Both the position numbers and the translations under genes were made by a program. A DNA stretch of 64,000 nt. It comes from a virus. Lineage: Duplodnaviria > Caudoviricetes. The stretch's first letter is position 1. Every line of letters begins with the position of its first letter. Location of the stretch: the IMG/VR virus record IMGVR_UViG_3300028888_001547, positions 1 to 64,000 of that record. One strand, 5' to 3'. Shown here in pieces: positions 45,466-58,340 of this stretch. The notes beneath the pieces were generated by a model. It ran no database searches. It saw only the letters and a program-made list of their open reading frames with translations, and was not told the origin of the DNA.

Positions 45466-48400
45466 TCAACTATAAGATTGTCTGAATTTAGTTATTATGT
45501 GTGATATAGTAAGGAATTCTGTTGGATTTGTACTCTTTATATTTACTCTTAGCCATTTACCGCGTATTCTGTTTCCATAACCATCTCCTGTGATATATCT
45601 AGGTATATTATATATCACATTACCTTCCCTATCAGTATACGGTTCCATATTGCCGCTGAACTCTTTATTTATAATATCGCTTTCAAACGACATTACCGCT
45701 CCTTCTAAGAATGCACTATGATCTACTTGTGTGAAAGCATCTCGTTTAATTGGAATAAACTGCTGAGAATCAAATACTTTTGTTACAGATGCCATTGGGT
45801 TTACAATAAAACTAACAGCCAATGGATATAAATACGAAGTAGCTTGTTCTAGATAGTTATGCTTTTTTATATCAAGTTTTTGATGTTCGTTGTCTACAGT
45901 CAAACCATACAGGTGATTCTTTATATATAACATAAAATCATAACGTCTTGTATATATAGAAGTACCGATATTATACTTTATGTTTAGCACCATCTAGTCC
46001 TAACCTAAACATTTACACAACACTTCGTCGTTTTGTAAATCGTAATCTACATGCGGAACATCTGCCGTTATGTATCGATTTACTAAGTTTTGAATATTTA
46101 GTTGTTCTCCTACATTTATTGCCCTACTTTCTGCAAGTGCCGCAATAGCTTTATTATTTATATCTACCCAGAACACTCCTCCTTCAGTTGTTCTAGCGCA
46201 GAAATCATAAAGACGCATTCCATATCTCGTACTTATATAATCATAACGTGACAATATGCCTGCCTGTCCCAACATTATAGTGTTGCTGTTCTGATCATTC
46301 ACAAGAGAACGTTCATTAACGCTGAACCGTCCGCATGCGTGATCTTGCCAGTAATACAACATGTTCTTATCTGTGAGTAGGTTTGTTATTTGTCCGTATT
46401 TACTATCTACATCAATAAAAGATGCTGCTTTGAATATAAGGAAGTTATCTATAAACTCACCATTTGTCTTCAAATCAGAGTAATAAGTACGCTACTTAAA
46501 ACTATTTGTTTCGTTTTTGTCTGTGCTTATTAATGTAAACACATCATTAGAAGCGTCGTTATCAGAATATATCATGTTATACTGATGAACAGGGCGGTCT
46601 TGTGTAGTAACGCCATCTATTTGCCCAGGTTCATATAACAGATTTTCGCTTTGTGTGTTCATAAGATTCATTCCATAATCAAAATAAGTATTTACTTTTG
46701 ATTCAAGAGGAATGTAATTTACAACCTACGTGGACTGGAGTGTATCCATAGAGTTAAAATCATATGCTTTATACATAGTTCCCAACTCATGCGGAGTAAT
46801 ATAAACATCTCCATCAAATACAGTTAGTGTTGTATTATCTTTTGGCGTACCATTTGCATTATACGATACATTGAAATAGTTTCCAAACCCGTAATATTGA
46901 GTAAATTCATCAGATTGAACATCACTTGTCTTTGCTTCGTGAGTTATATTGCATATAGAAGTATAGAAGGCACTAGAATTCAATGGGAATAAACCGGTTT
47001 CGTTCTCAGTAGTAAGTAAGAAACAAGATGGTCCCGCACCTATATATCCTATTTTTACAGCCTGATTATCTTGTGTCATTGGATATACAGCAGCTTGCAA
47101 CCAGTTTCTATATCTTTTTGTTCTACCGTGCATCTCTGCTGAATTTGGACCATCCCCGTCACTTGTAGTATAGTCCATATTAGCCTGACTTTCTTCTCCA
47201 GGCCTTAAATCATATTTTGCGAATGAGACCCAATTGTTGTACACATAGGAGTCAATATTTGTAGTAAAACTCTTATATTTCTTTATGGCTGTATATATAT
47301 CTTCATCTTCGTTTCGTTGTACTTCACTAAATGCTGAACTCCATTCAGGTATCTTTACATCTTTTATTTGATTTACGTCCTATGTACCAAAACCAGAGAA
47401 CGATCCACCATTTGTTTTATAGAAGTTAAATATCCAATGTCTTGCCTATTTTTTGTCAGACGAAAGCTTTTCTACATAAAGTCTATTTATTCCTATTGTA
47501 CCTTCTTGCGAATCATAATCAACAGGAGGTATTCTAGTGTTTACTGTTAATACTGTAGGCTAATATTGAAGATCTACTTTAATTACTATAGATCTATTTA
47601 ACGTTGCCGCTTCGTTTATAAAATCGGTTACATTAGAATGTGATATTATGTTGTCAGAAATGCTCATGACAGGACCAGCTACTAAACTATCTGGCTCAAG
47701 TCTCATAAATTGCACGTCTGTTACGTTTGGATCGTCTACACTAAGTAGTATACTTTGAGCAGATGTACTCAATGGGCCAACTGCGAACATGTTTCCTTTA
47801 CCCTAAACAACTCCAACATTATATGTTCTTGTCGTTTCTTCTGGAGTATAATACGAAGAATTTGCACTTGCTGTCATTGAGTTTGGAAGTGCTCCGTCAT
47901 ATATAGTATCTTTTGTGCTGTTTGTATATTTAGCAAAAACAGAAGATACGTACAGCATTTCTTCTATATTTGTATCAGACGTATTTACTCTGGACAGAAC
48001 ATCATTTCTTCTAAAGTCTATTTCAGATGAAAAAATCTAATATAATTTGTGGTTTCGAGTTCTCGCTCTAAGATCTGCATAATATCCAAGGTCCTGGCCA
48101 TTTGGTGCAGATACCGTTTTACTATAATAATACGACGGAAAAATATACAACCCGTTAACAGACATAAATCCGCTAGGATAGAAAGGAGATTTTTTTGTTA
48201 CACTATCCTATGCATCAGATATTTCTTGTATATTTGTATCAAGTATTGCTTGTGATATTGGTCTAGCTAAAGCAACCTATAGTAATGTTTTTTGATATAC
48301 TTCTGAAGAAGATCTACGAATAACCTAGCAACCTACAATACTACTTATAGCATCTGGATCACCAGTAAGCGTCGGAAGTTGTATTTTTACTCCAATAGGA

Positions 48401-49836
48401 TGGGCCAATAATTTTCCATTTACACATTCAAAAGGACGTGATGTGTTATAATCAGAAATCGCTTTTTCATCTAGACTTATTACATCTGTTCGTCTTCCTT
48501 TATTGTCATAAAATACTAATGCGTATTTATACTTCTCTCCGCGTCGTAAAGATCTTAAGAGACTAGAAGTAATCATATCATTGTAGGAAGCTTTTACAAT
48601 CTAAGGATTTACTCCACGTTCTGTTAAATAACTCAATACGGAAGAACCATCGGAGAAAGTACTATATTCATCTTTATAATAGTGTTTCCCGGGATCAGGT
48701 ATATCTCCATCTATTTTATCTGATAATACAACAGTTGCTGTTATTTCACTTATTGACCCAGCTGTACCAAGGCTTACGTTTTTCAGTATTGTATCGTCTG
48801 TAACATTTCCACAAAACATATATTCCTAGTTCTGTTCTATTGTTTGTGGAATAAGTATAAGACCGGACATTGCGGCAAACTCCTCCATTGAAAGTTTTTG
48901 CAGAGGGTCTATACCAATATCGTTTAATACAAAAGAATTGTTTTGGCTTTTTATATCTCCATCGTATATCAAAGATACTTCTGCATCATGTCCGGGTGTT
49001 ATATAAGATAGTCTATATACTTGTATTTTTTTATATCTGCTAGAATACCCGGTCATATCTATCGACAACGATAATCCAACGGACGTTTCTGTGTTTTCAG
49101 CATTACCTGTCTCTTTTGATCTAGACGAATCAATAACCTATATCTTATTAGTTAGAGGAGCTAATTGAGTGGTATTACCATATTTATTGTAATATCTATA
49201 TGTGTACTATACCTACTATGTTGTAAGTCTTCCAGATATAATATCTGTTATAACCACCCTCTTGTCTGGTATCTCTCTATTATTTATAAGACTATCAATA
49301 GGTACAGGAGTTCCGTTCGTTATATAAGGATGATCCTGTTCATCGTCAACTCTTAAACTTATAATAGGGTCTTTACCAGTAGCTATGTATAGTTTTATTA
49401 CGTTTTCAAGCTCTTTATATAATACAGCTGATATCTTCCCTGGAGCATTTCCTTCCCATACACCGTTTGCAAACCAAACCTACTTAAATTCACTGCATTC
49501 ATTGTTAACTTCGTCAACAGTAAATTTCCATACGTGTAAGTCGCTATCATTTGTAGTAACAACAATAGCTAACTGATCTACAGAACATACTGCAATTATT
49601 CGTTGATTGTTTGATATAGTACCGAGAGAATCTATACTGACGCCACTGGGTACAGGAGTAACAATTCCTTCGTGCACAGAAGAATAGTCACCAGAACTAC
49701 CAAGGAGCTGATTCTTAGTAATTCTAATGTTCTGACCATATATGTATTGCGCGTTGTCTATTTGGTCAAATGCGGTGTCAGAATTCATTCCCTTCGTAAA
49801 CGAGTTTATATAGGAATTGTTCTCATTAGTAACCAT
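45466..49836 (-). CDS. Tail stabilisation/muzzle protein (~1,456 aa, TAG recoded)
   Basis: Eight fragments in frame; N-terminal NSFTKGMNSD and later SLRRGEKYKYALVFY and IDVDSKYGQITNL, as in crAss-like stabilisation proteins; synteny agrees. Confidence 0.8.
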
Positions 49837-50782
49837 AATAGTAGTCGTTATAAGTTAATTGTTCTTTTCCAATATTCTTAAAGAATGTATCATCTCCATC
49901 CCAATCAGGGATAAGCTTATTCCAATCATTCTTTATATTCTGCATATCATCAGGCGTTGGCATCATACATTCAGCATATGCCTGATTTCTATAAAAGTTC
50001 CACTGTTGCTGTGTATAATAGTATGTCTGCTGTGCATACTTCTATGCATATTTAGAACTACTAGTAGTAAGCTTACCACTCATAAACTTAGGGAACGTAA
50101 GCTTCATTACAACATACCAGTAAACTGCTTCCTAGAATGAAGGGAGGTCTGGAATAAGAGGATAACCTCTCTCATCTACTGCTATAGCTTTATATGAAAG
50201 CCGTATGAATCCGTGTCTCTTATTTGTTACAATCCAACCAGGTTTAATGAAATACTCAGGTTTATCTAAGTGATTTGGCAACCATTTGTTTGCATACCTC
50301 ATTCCATTATACATGTATAGTTGATGCTATGAAGTAGGTAACTTGTACATCATAGGCTGGTGTGGAGGTGGTGGCATTGGCATAGGATCTGGTACAATAG
50401 CAGGTTCCTGTATTGCCAAGTTAGCCGGATCGTGCATAACAGTAGCTGTGGGATGCGGGTGTGGATGAGGATGTTGCTTAGACTTAAATATCCTTGTCAT
50501 TGTACTCATCGGCTACCAGTGCACTCCATCTTTACTATATGCTACACCATCCAGAGACACTAAATCTTCTGGGATAGGAACCTAATAGTCTTGTATCTTT
50601 AGAATAGGTAAATCATCTGTCCCAGATTCTCTTGTGATATACTACATAGGAGCACCAATCTTTTCCACGGCTTCAAAAATCCACTCTCGTATATCTGTAG
50701 TACGCTGTTTCGCTTCTGTGGAATCCAAATCAGCCATGATTTTTGCTATGACTGATTCACACTTTGTATATTTGTATATCAT
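49826..50782 (-). CDS. Tail tubular/ring protein (~318 aa, TAG recoded) with a His/Pro-rich insert
   Basis: MIYKYTKCESVIAKIMADLD...EWIFEAVEKIG...YKAIAVDERGYPLIPD; fragments 50327 and 50132 are in frame. Confidence 0.75.
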
Positions 50783-51200
50783 TTATATCTATATAATCGT
50801 GTTTATTAAATATTAGTTGAGCTAATCTGCGTTTATTCTATCTTACTAAACATAACTGATATTTGTATCTATCAGGGAATGTTCTAGGTATCTTAGACCA
50901 GTATAGTCTATATTTATACCCATTAGAATGTTCATTCAAATGATAGATACGTTTATCATATTCTTTACTCGCTTTATAGTCCACAGATAACGAATCTGGA
51001 GTAAGCGTCTTGGGTCTATATTTACCCACCTAAATAAAACCTAGCCCATAAGGCATTTTAAAGCCGTCTGAGCGCTCTAACACGTATTCTAGAATAACTT
51101 TACACATCTCGTCTAAAATGCGCTTGTAGAGGCTGTAATCAACCTCTACGGGCATTGTACGATACATGTCTCTAAACGTTAGCGATTGTTTACTTCTCAT
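50757..51200 (-). CDS. IHF/HU-like small basic protein of the crAss tail module (~147 aa, TAG recoded)
   Basis: MRSKQSLTFRDMY...FKMPYGLGFIQVGKY...HLNEHSNGYKYRLYW; position between ring genes. Confidence 0.65.
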
Positions 51201-51933
51201 CTTCCTTTGGTCCGTCAGGCTTTATACCGTCCAGCGTAGAGTTGTTATCATCATCGCTAGGTCTATTGAGCATAAATGCAAGCTCATTGTTCATTATAAG
51301 CTTTTTGATATCGGGAACCATCCATGTAGGAATCTGTATATCATCCTCGTCTGGATCTTCCACGCTATCTTCGTCTGCGTCATCTTCCGGCTTCTCATAT
51401 ACAGCTAGAACGTAGATATAATCAAGGAGTCCTTGATCCTGTAAACCTTGTACATATACATGCTTATCGTCCATATAATAGGCGGTCAGTTCCCCAAACG
51501 TATACTTGCGGAAGTACTGATAGTGTCTACGAATATGATTCATATACTAAATATTCTCGCCGGCCTCATCGTGCACAGCAAGAATACTAGTCCATTTGTT
51601 TCCGTATATGTTTTCTAGAGTATCTTCGGTTTTTTTGGTAAACAAGTTTCTACCTTTATCCTCAGATTCTACAGGTATAAGCTTATGCTTAGTCTCCTTC
51701 AAAAATAAGAATTCACCGTCTATTAGATCGGTAATATCCATTCCAGCCTACTCCTTAGCTTCAACCTCATCCAGGTGTTTCTTCCACAGCATCCTGCGAT
51801 AATGATCAATCCAGGCTGCTATGTGTGCTCTTGAGAAGTCCTCGCTTTCGCTTATATTACTATTTCTAGCTATGAGAAGTATATCATCAATAATCTCTCT
51901 AAGAGATGTTTTCTATGGTGAAATCTTGCTCAT
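51190..51933 (-). CDS. Tail ring/structural protein (~247 aa, TAG recoded)
   Basis: MSKISP*KTSLREIIDDILLIARNSNISESEDFSR; fragments 51547 and 51190 are in frame. Confidence 0.7.
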
Positions 51934-51934
51934 T

Positions 51935-52600
51935 TTATTTTGTTGTTGATTCAACTATTCTTATGTTATTGCTCTTAAGTAGCTCATTAGTATTATAGTT
52001 AACATACTTACGTTTTTCTACTTTCTTCCAATCCCATGTGAATAGTCTCTTTATGAAGTTCTTTTTGTTCTTATACTCTTTAGTAGTATAGATATATAAA
52101 TACTGCTCATTCTGTATATCTAAGCCTATATTTACAGTATCTCTACCAATAGTATAGTAGACGGTAGTAAGATCATTATACTTTAAAGAATCAGTATAAG
52201 TAGTATCTTTTAGTATAGTTACTAAGTCACCCCCTACCCCCTTACTATCATTAACGTTTAAAACCTGAGATTGCGTTGCAGCAGTTAAAATAGATTTTGA
52301 TTTAAGTTTTAACTTATTTCTTATACTATCTAACTTATGTAACGTAATATCGTTTTGTCTCTCTAATTCTTTTATGTCTAGCCTTAAAACATTATTAGCC
52401 TACTAGGAGCTATCTAATAACCCCTAATAGGCTTCAATGTTGTTCTGAGCCATTTCTAGCTCCTGTGACAGCTTTATATTGCTTCTGTGGGTATTTATAC
52501 CCCACAACAGTAAAAACGCAACAGAAGCCACGCAAATGCCCTTAACGGCCATCTTCCAGTGGTTCTTCAGCCACAGGAGTGTCGTTAGTATGTTCATCAT
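51935..52600 (-). CDS. Putative spanin-like lysis protein (~221 aa, TAG recoded; absent from the ORF track)
   Basis: N-terminal transmembrane segment (GICVASVAFLLLWGI), then a coiled coil; overlaps the holin 3' end; several in-frame TAGs. Confidence 0.6.
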
Positions 52601-53084
52601 CAAAATTTAGTTCTATTCCTGTGTAGTCCTCACCTTTCTTCCTGAGAAATTTACCGAGTAAACGCCAAGGACCCTTTGGATCAAGTGTATTTAAATTTTC
52701 TATAATGGACCAAATTTCAGTCAATGTTATAATTACGGCCGCACCTCCGGTAAGTAAAAATACTCCAGATTCATCAAATACAGCCCATTCGAGGCCATGC
52801 AATAAAGCTAATATTATTGCTTCATCTTTGATCTTTCTAAGCGTACCATCCCAGTTCTTACCGCTTTCAATTTTCTTTTTAAGTTTCCTAGCTACTTTCA
52901 TTCCGTAGACCATATCTACGGTTGTAGTAACGAAACATATCGCCAACAGATACCATATAGGAGCAAAGTACGATACTACAGCAGAACCTATGCCAAGTAA
53001 AAACTTGCCTGTAGCACTACCGTTAACCATTGTATTTAATGTGTTAGCAATAGCCTATAGTGTATGTGATATGTGTTGTATCAT
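52542..53084 (-). CDS. Holin (phage holin family 4-like)
   Basis: Three hydrophobic segments, D...G, TEIWSIIENL. The upstream ATG at 53084 needs read-through of TAG at 53055-53057; a second ATG lies at 53030. Confidence 0.8.
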
Positions 53085-53087
53085 AAA

Positions 53088-54194
53088 TTAAGTAAATCTT
53101 CTCTTTGTTCCATCAGCGGCTTCGCCCATATCAGATATATAGAACCATATATTGATAGTCTTAGCAACAACTATCTGTCCGTTATACGATCCGTATATAG
53201 TAAAATCTAAAGAATCTTTCCAATATGCTTCGCTTCCTGACTGTACTGATATTCTCCAGTTTCCACCATCCACAGTTTCTCCTGGTGAAAGTTCATACGG
53301 TTTAACAATAATTGTGTGATCCCACTAATTGTATCCTCCGCCCGGTTTGTGCCAATACCAGCATCCCATTTCACTTTGACCAACATCAAATGTCCATGTA
53401 AGATCGTTGTGGCTTACACTTACTCCATTTACAGTAGCAATAGGATCATTATATGATAATTCTGTGCCGTTACTTGTATACATTGGTTCAAACCAAACAT
53501 TCAATGGAATTCTAGGACCTGCAGGTCTCATCAAATAATCAGTACTTGTTTCATAGCCATTACTAGGATCTCCATGAGGAATACCTTGGCCAGCATCTGC
53601 AGTCTTCCATCCTACATCAGCAAGCATTACTACAGGTTGAACTGGAGGAGCATCTTCTGTAAACTGAGCAGTAAACGTAGTATCTCCATTTATTTGCGTA
53701 GAAGATACACTTGGACTCCATCCGGTAAACGTATGTCCAGATTTCGTCGGTGCACTCGGTTCTGTTGCATAACCACCATGCTCGACGCTTTGCGTGTCCC
53801 AAGTAGATCCTTCGGAAATAAATGTTACTGTGTGATACACTGTATCTGGAGTATATACAGGACTATATGTAACATCTCCAGTTGCATATCCTGTGTATCC
53901 GTTATTCCATGCACCAGTGTATCCAGCCTTAGAAGGTACACCAGGATCGTCCAGAGCTGCACCTGGTTCATAATAACCAGAAGATATTACGGTGCCGCCT
54001 TCATTTACAAATACAACATAATATTTTTTAGCTACTGCACTTACTGGAACCAATCTATTGCTTGCAAAGCTTGCCAACGGCCCTTCTTGAGCATGCCAAG
54101 TAATTGCAATACTTTTGCATATGCACCTATTATTAGGTGTCAGAGAGCAACCAAGTATCTGGTTTGCCTCTGAATAAGTCATCATTTTTTTCAT
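53088..54194 (-). CDS. Tail/receptor-binding-associated protein with Listeria-Bacteroides (InlB B/Flg_new) repeats (~368 aa, one TAG)
   Basis: YHTVTFISEG...VEHGGYATEPSAPTKSGHTFTGWS...TTFTAQF plus a second degenerate copy; fragments 53325 and 53088 are in frame. Confidence 0.75.
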
Positions 54195-54196
54195 AA

Positions 54197-55108
54197 TCAC
54201 ATTGTCGAATCATAGAATCCAGCACCAGTAACAGTACTGCCAAACGTAGATGCTCCGTTAACTACAATTCCGCGGCTTGCGTTGGTAGGAGTAAGTTGTC
54301 CATTTGAAAGTTTCCACAAACCTTCTAACGCAGTTACACGAGCTTCAAGAGCATTTAAGTTTGCATTCGTGGCATAGTTATTTTTAATGTTTGTTATCTG
54401 TCCACCAAAATCTGCATCTTCTAAGGCTTTGATCCTTGCTGTATTACTAGCAATAGATGCGCCATAGTTTGCATCTTCTAGTGCTTTAATTCTAGTAGTA
54501 TTGCTGTTGATTGTACTATTCATTTGCGCAGCATCTGAGCTGTGCTGAATAATCCAATCCGCAATCTCCTTTAGAGTGTCAAACGATGCATCTGCACCAG
54601 CAACCAATTCTGCAATATATGTAGCAACAATATTTCTAACACTGTTGGTAACGCTAGCACTTCCGTTAAGCGTATCAATCGCGTTCTTAATATTGAGACC
54701 ATTTACTGTAAGATCACCTCCAACAGACAGATCTCTCTCTGCAGAAACATTACTTTTAAGTGTTGTTATACCATCTACACGAAGCGTTCCTTTTACCCAC
54801 AGGTCATTTGATACATTCTCCAGTGCACCAACTCGTGACAAGAGGTTTGATAATTTACTATAAATATCAGTAACTGTTGGTCCTGTAGTATCACCAGAAA
54901 TATAAAGGTCTCCTCCAATAGAAGTTGTTCCATCAGTATGAGATATCGCAACGACTCTCTTATTAATAACGTCTTGGAAGTTATTAACAAGTATAGAATC
55001 GCCAAAGTTACCGTCATACAATTGGAATGCATTCAAAAGAATATCGTTGTGGCTATCGTCCGAACTCGCAAGGTTTGTGTATATTTTAATATTCTTACCT
55101 TGTTTCAT
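54197..55108 (-). CDS. Tail fibre-like coiled-coil protein
   Basis: GADASFDTLKEIADWI motif, NTxRIKALEDA repeats, C-terminal GFYDS. Confidence 0.75.
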   Translation of the reverse strand: MKQGKNIKIYTNLASSDDSHNDILLNAFQLYDGNFGDSILVNNFQDVINKRVVAISHTDGTTSIGGDLYISGDTTGPTVTDIYSKLSNLLSRVGALENVSNDLWVKGTLRVDGITTLKSNVSAERDLSVGGDLTVNGLNIKNAIDTLNGSASVTNSVRNIVATYIAELVAGADASFDTLKEIADWIIQHSSDAAQMNSTINSNTTRIKALEDANYGASIASNTARIKALEDADFGGQITNIKNNYATNANLNALEARVTALEGLWKLSNGQLTPTNASRGIVVNGASTFGSTVTGAGFYDSTM

Positions 55109-55110
55109 AA

Positions 55111-56205
55111 TCACGAAATAGTTGAGTCATAAAATTCTGCACCAGTGACAGATCCTCCGAACGTAGACGCATTAGATACAGATATACCACGATTAGCCTT
55201 AGCAACAAGATTTGTGCCGTTATCTGACCACAATCCCTCCAATGCTTGAATTCTAGCTGTCAATGCTGCGATAAGGTCTGAATGTTCGTTAACAATGTTT
55301 GTGATCGTATTTATATTTGCAAGTCCGGCAGGCAGAGCGCATGTTGTTGTGTGTCCATCGCCAAACGTAAGAACAAGGTGATCACCATCCAAAGCTACAC
55401 CAATAACAGCCCTAGCTCTTGTTTCATACGTAGATGCTGCATCTGCAGATTTCAAGAACGTATTATCGGTCTATCTAGCTGTATAATAATCATCTGGATC
55501 AAATATTTGATCTCCGTCTATTGTAGTAGGCTATTTTCCAGCTGCAGTATTCCAAGTTATAATAAGTTTACGGTTTTCCCATACAACGTTGTCAATCATT
55601 CCATCGATAACAAAGTCGTCAGCATCAACCGTAGAAATAGTAACGCCATTCTTATTCTTGAAATATATCGTACGATCTGACTTATTATAAACAGCATCGG
55701 CAATAAGATCATTGTTCATATCATCTGCAAGCTGATCTACCTTGTCATCAACGCCATCTATTTTATTATCCAGATTATCAATATCGCCTCCAAGCTCGTT
55801 GCCAAGATTGTTGATCATGTCTTCGAGCTCATCTTCACGATCAGTGGCACGCTGTGTTTCGTTATCAATCTTGCGGTTGAGTGTTTCTATATCAACCTCT
55901 TCTTTTTCCGCAAGATCTCCTATCTGTTGTGTTAAATTTGAATTGTAGTTTACAATATCCTTTTCAAGCTTAACGATACGGCCAGACATGTCCGTGTTCT
56001 TCTTAGTTTCCTTTTGAAGCTTTTTGATTTCCTTTGTACATTTACAATTATCCCAACATGGGGTACAAGGTACAACAGGAAGAGTATCGCCACTCAAAAT
56101 ATCAACTTCGCCTCCGACAACAAAAGGATTATCGCAAACCTAATCAAACGGATTGCATTCGCAGCAACAGTTCTGCATTTCATTAAAACAATTTTCCATT
56201 TCCAT
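55111..56205 (-). CDS. Tail fibre-like coiled-coil protein with a Cys-rich N-terminus (~364 aa, TAG recoded)
   Basis: MEMENCFNEMQNCCCECNPFD*VCD; fragments 55531 and 55111 are in frame; FVIDGMID motif; C-terminal EFYDS. Confidence 0.72.
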
Positions 56206-56207
56206 AA

Positions 56208-56720
56208 TCACGAAGCCATTTCTGAATCATAAAATCCGTGTGCAACAGCAGCACGACCGTTCTTAGCCTGTACTCTGCCTTCACCGTTAATCTCCCAAAG
56301 CATACCAGCTTCAAGTGCATTCAATCTGTTTATTATATCAGATAGATCTACTGGTTTGTATACGTCACCGTCTTTATAATACAAATCACCATCGATATAA
56401 AGATTACCTTTGATGTTTGTATTACCATCTACAACAAGCACGTACGGATTACCTTTAGATCCGTCTCTATTGCCGATTGTAGTAACTCCACCATTTGTAT
56501 CTGCATATGAAATAGCGGACAGACGCTTGTTGATCATGTCCTGGTAGTTTTCTATAGTATCCTAGTTCGGAAAAAACCTCCCATCGTACAGTTGATACGC
56601 ATATGCAAGCGCATCATTATGAAAATCATTATCAACGCCTTTTGTTCCGTTTGACTTATTGGCGTCTAGTGTATGATTTAAAAGAGTTCCGTATACTCTA
56701 ATTTCTTTATTTGCTTTCAT
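56208..56720 (-). CDS. Short tail fibre-family paralog (~170 aa, one TAG)
   Basis: The N-terminus (HND.L..A.QLYDG.F....QD.INKR..AIS) matches the 54197-55108 product; C-terminal GFYDS. Confidence 0.72.
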
Positions 56721-58264
56721 TATGCGAATTTAATTTTAAATTTAATATCTCCAGATAAGATGGGAGCGGCGCTACGATAGCAGAAATAACCATCTTTGAT
56801 CATATCATCAGTCATGTTTGTCATTGGAATTCTAAATCCAGATGACAGTTCTGCTACAATTTCATCGTCATCTTCTGTACCTTTGATATAATGAATCTTT
56901 CTTTGAGAAAATACCCACATATAATTGCCGCTCTTATTATTTGGAACAGAATATGTACCAGTAATTATCTTATATGTGCCTAAGAAATCATCATCAGATG
57001 TAATGTTCTCAGGTTCAGACTCCGAACTAAATCCTATCTTAATAGTATCCATATATCTAACCGTGACCGTATACTATGCAGGCGCAACTTTTCCATCAAT
57101 GTCAGTTACTGTTATAGTAGCAGTAGCTTCAGCTCCGTCTATATCCTGTGCATACAAAGTACCATCTTTACCAACTTTTACAACGCTTTCGTCTGATGAT
57201 TCAAACTTCAATTCTGTGAAATGCCAATCCACTGGATTATAAAGAACGGTAGTACCATCTTTAAGTACTACAAAAATATTATAATCAGCTCCGAGAGAAT
57301 CGTATTCTCCAACGTGCATCACAGTATTACTAGCCATTGTATAATTTGAAGTGCCTGTATAGATGAGCGAGAACAAATCTTCTCTATCTCCAGTCGTATC
57401 TGGATATATTGTAATAGCTCCGGACTCTCCGGTTTCATCATCTACAAGCTCAAATACATCTCCTTTATCAATAGTGTATGTGCGAAGATTGTGACGTCCC
57501 CAACCCTATTCAAATACAGTAAGAATAACTACAAGTTTATATGTACCACACAGTTTCTATTGAACTGCAGGGAAGAAACAAGTAAGCGTATTCTTCTCAT
57601 TTAATACTTGAGAGTCTGCAAGATAGTACGGAAGATACGGATCTGGATGCCTATGATCTTCGATAGTTCTTCCAAATATATCATACGGCTCTGGCTCCGG
57701 ATGATGTGGTTCAGCACATGGCGGAAGTGGTGGATGATTTAAGCAATGCGGATCATGAATATGATCGTGCATAAAATGGTCATGATAAGGCCAATGTCCA
57801 AAATGGTCATGATGAAAATGATGATCGAAAGGCCACCACGGTTCAAATCCACAACATGACGGCTTTGGTCTAGGACCATGCTATATATGGCAACAATGAT
57901 CGTGAAAATGTTCTGGATGTAATCCAAATCCTCTATAACCAGGCCACCAGTGGAAATCGTGGAAATCTGGAGAGAATCTATCATAGTTACACATATTTGC
58001 AGGAAGCATGTGATAGCTTGGGAATCCCGCATTGTTGATATTGTGATGCGTCGGATGATAGAACTCCGGGAAACCTACTCTTAAGAATGGTTTGGGATGG
58101 ATTTCATCTTTTTTTGGTCTAAACCAAGATGTATTGATCAGATAACATCTAAGTTGTTTGACATTAGACTAATCAAATTCGTCGATCTTATCAAACCCTG
58201 CTTCTGTGTTGGGTTCGATTTTAAGTTTAAGTCTAATATCATTACCTATTCTAATCTTTCTCAT
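56720..58264 (-). CDS. Structural protein with a His/Pro/Cys-rich segment and an Ig-like (Big_2-type) domain (~514 aa, TAG recoded)
   Basis: Starts MRKIRIGNDI; FESSDESVVKVGKDGTLYA...ATITVT; fragments 57557, 57074 and 56720 are in frame. Confidence 0.72.
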
Positions 58265-58280
58265 ATTGCAATATGTTAAT

Positions 58281-58318
58281 AAAAAAAGGCCACAGATGGG
58301 CGTTGCCCACCCGTAGCC
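58281..58318 (-). terminator. Rho-independent terminator after the auxiliary capsid gene
   Basis: On the - strand: GGCTACGGGTGGGC-AAC-GCCCATCTGTGGCC followed by TTTTTTT. Confidence 0.85.
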
Positions 58319-58340
58319 AGTTTTATGTGTTTTGTTTTAA

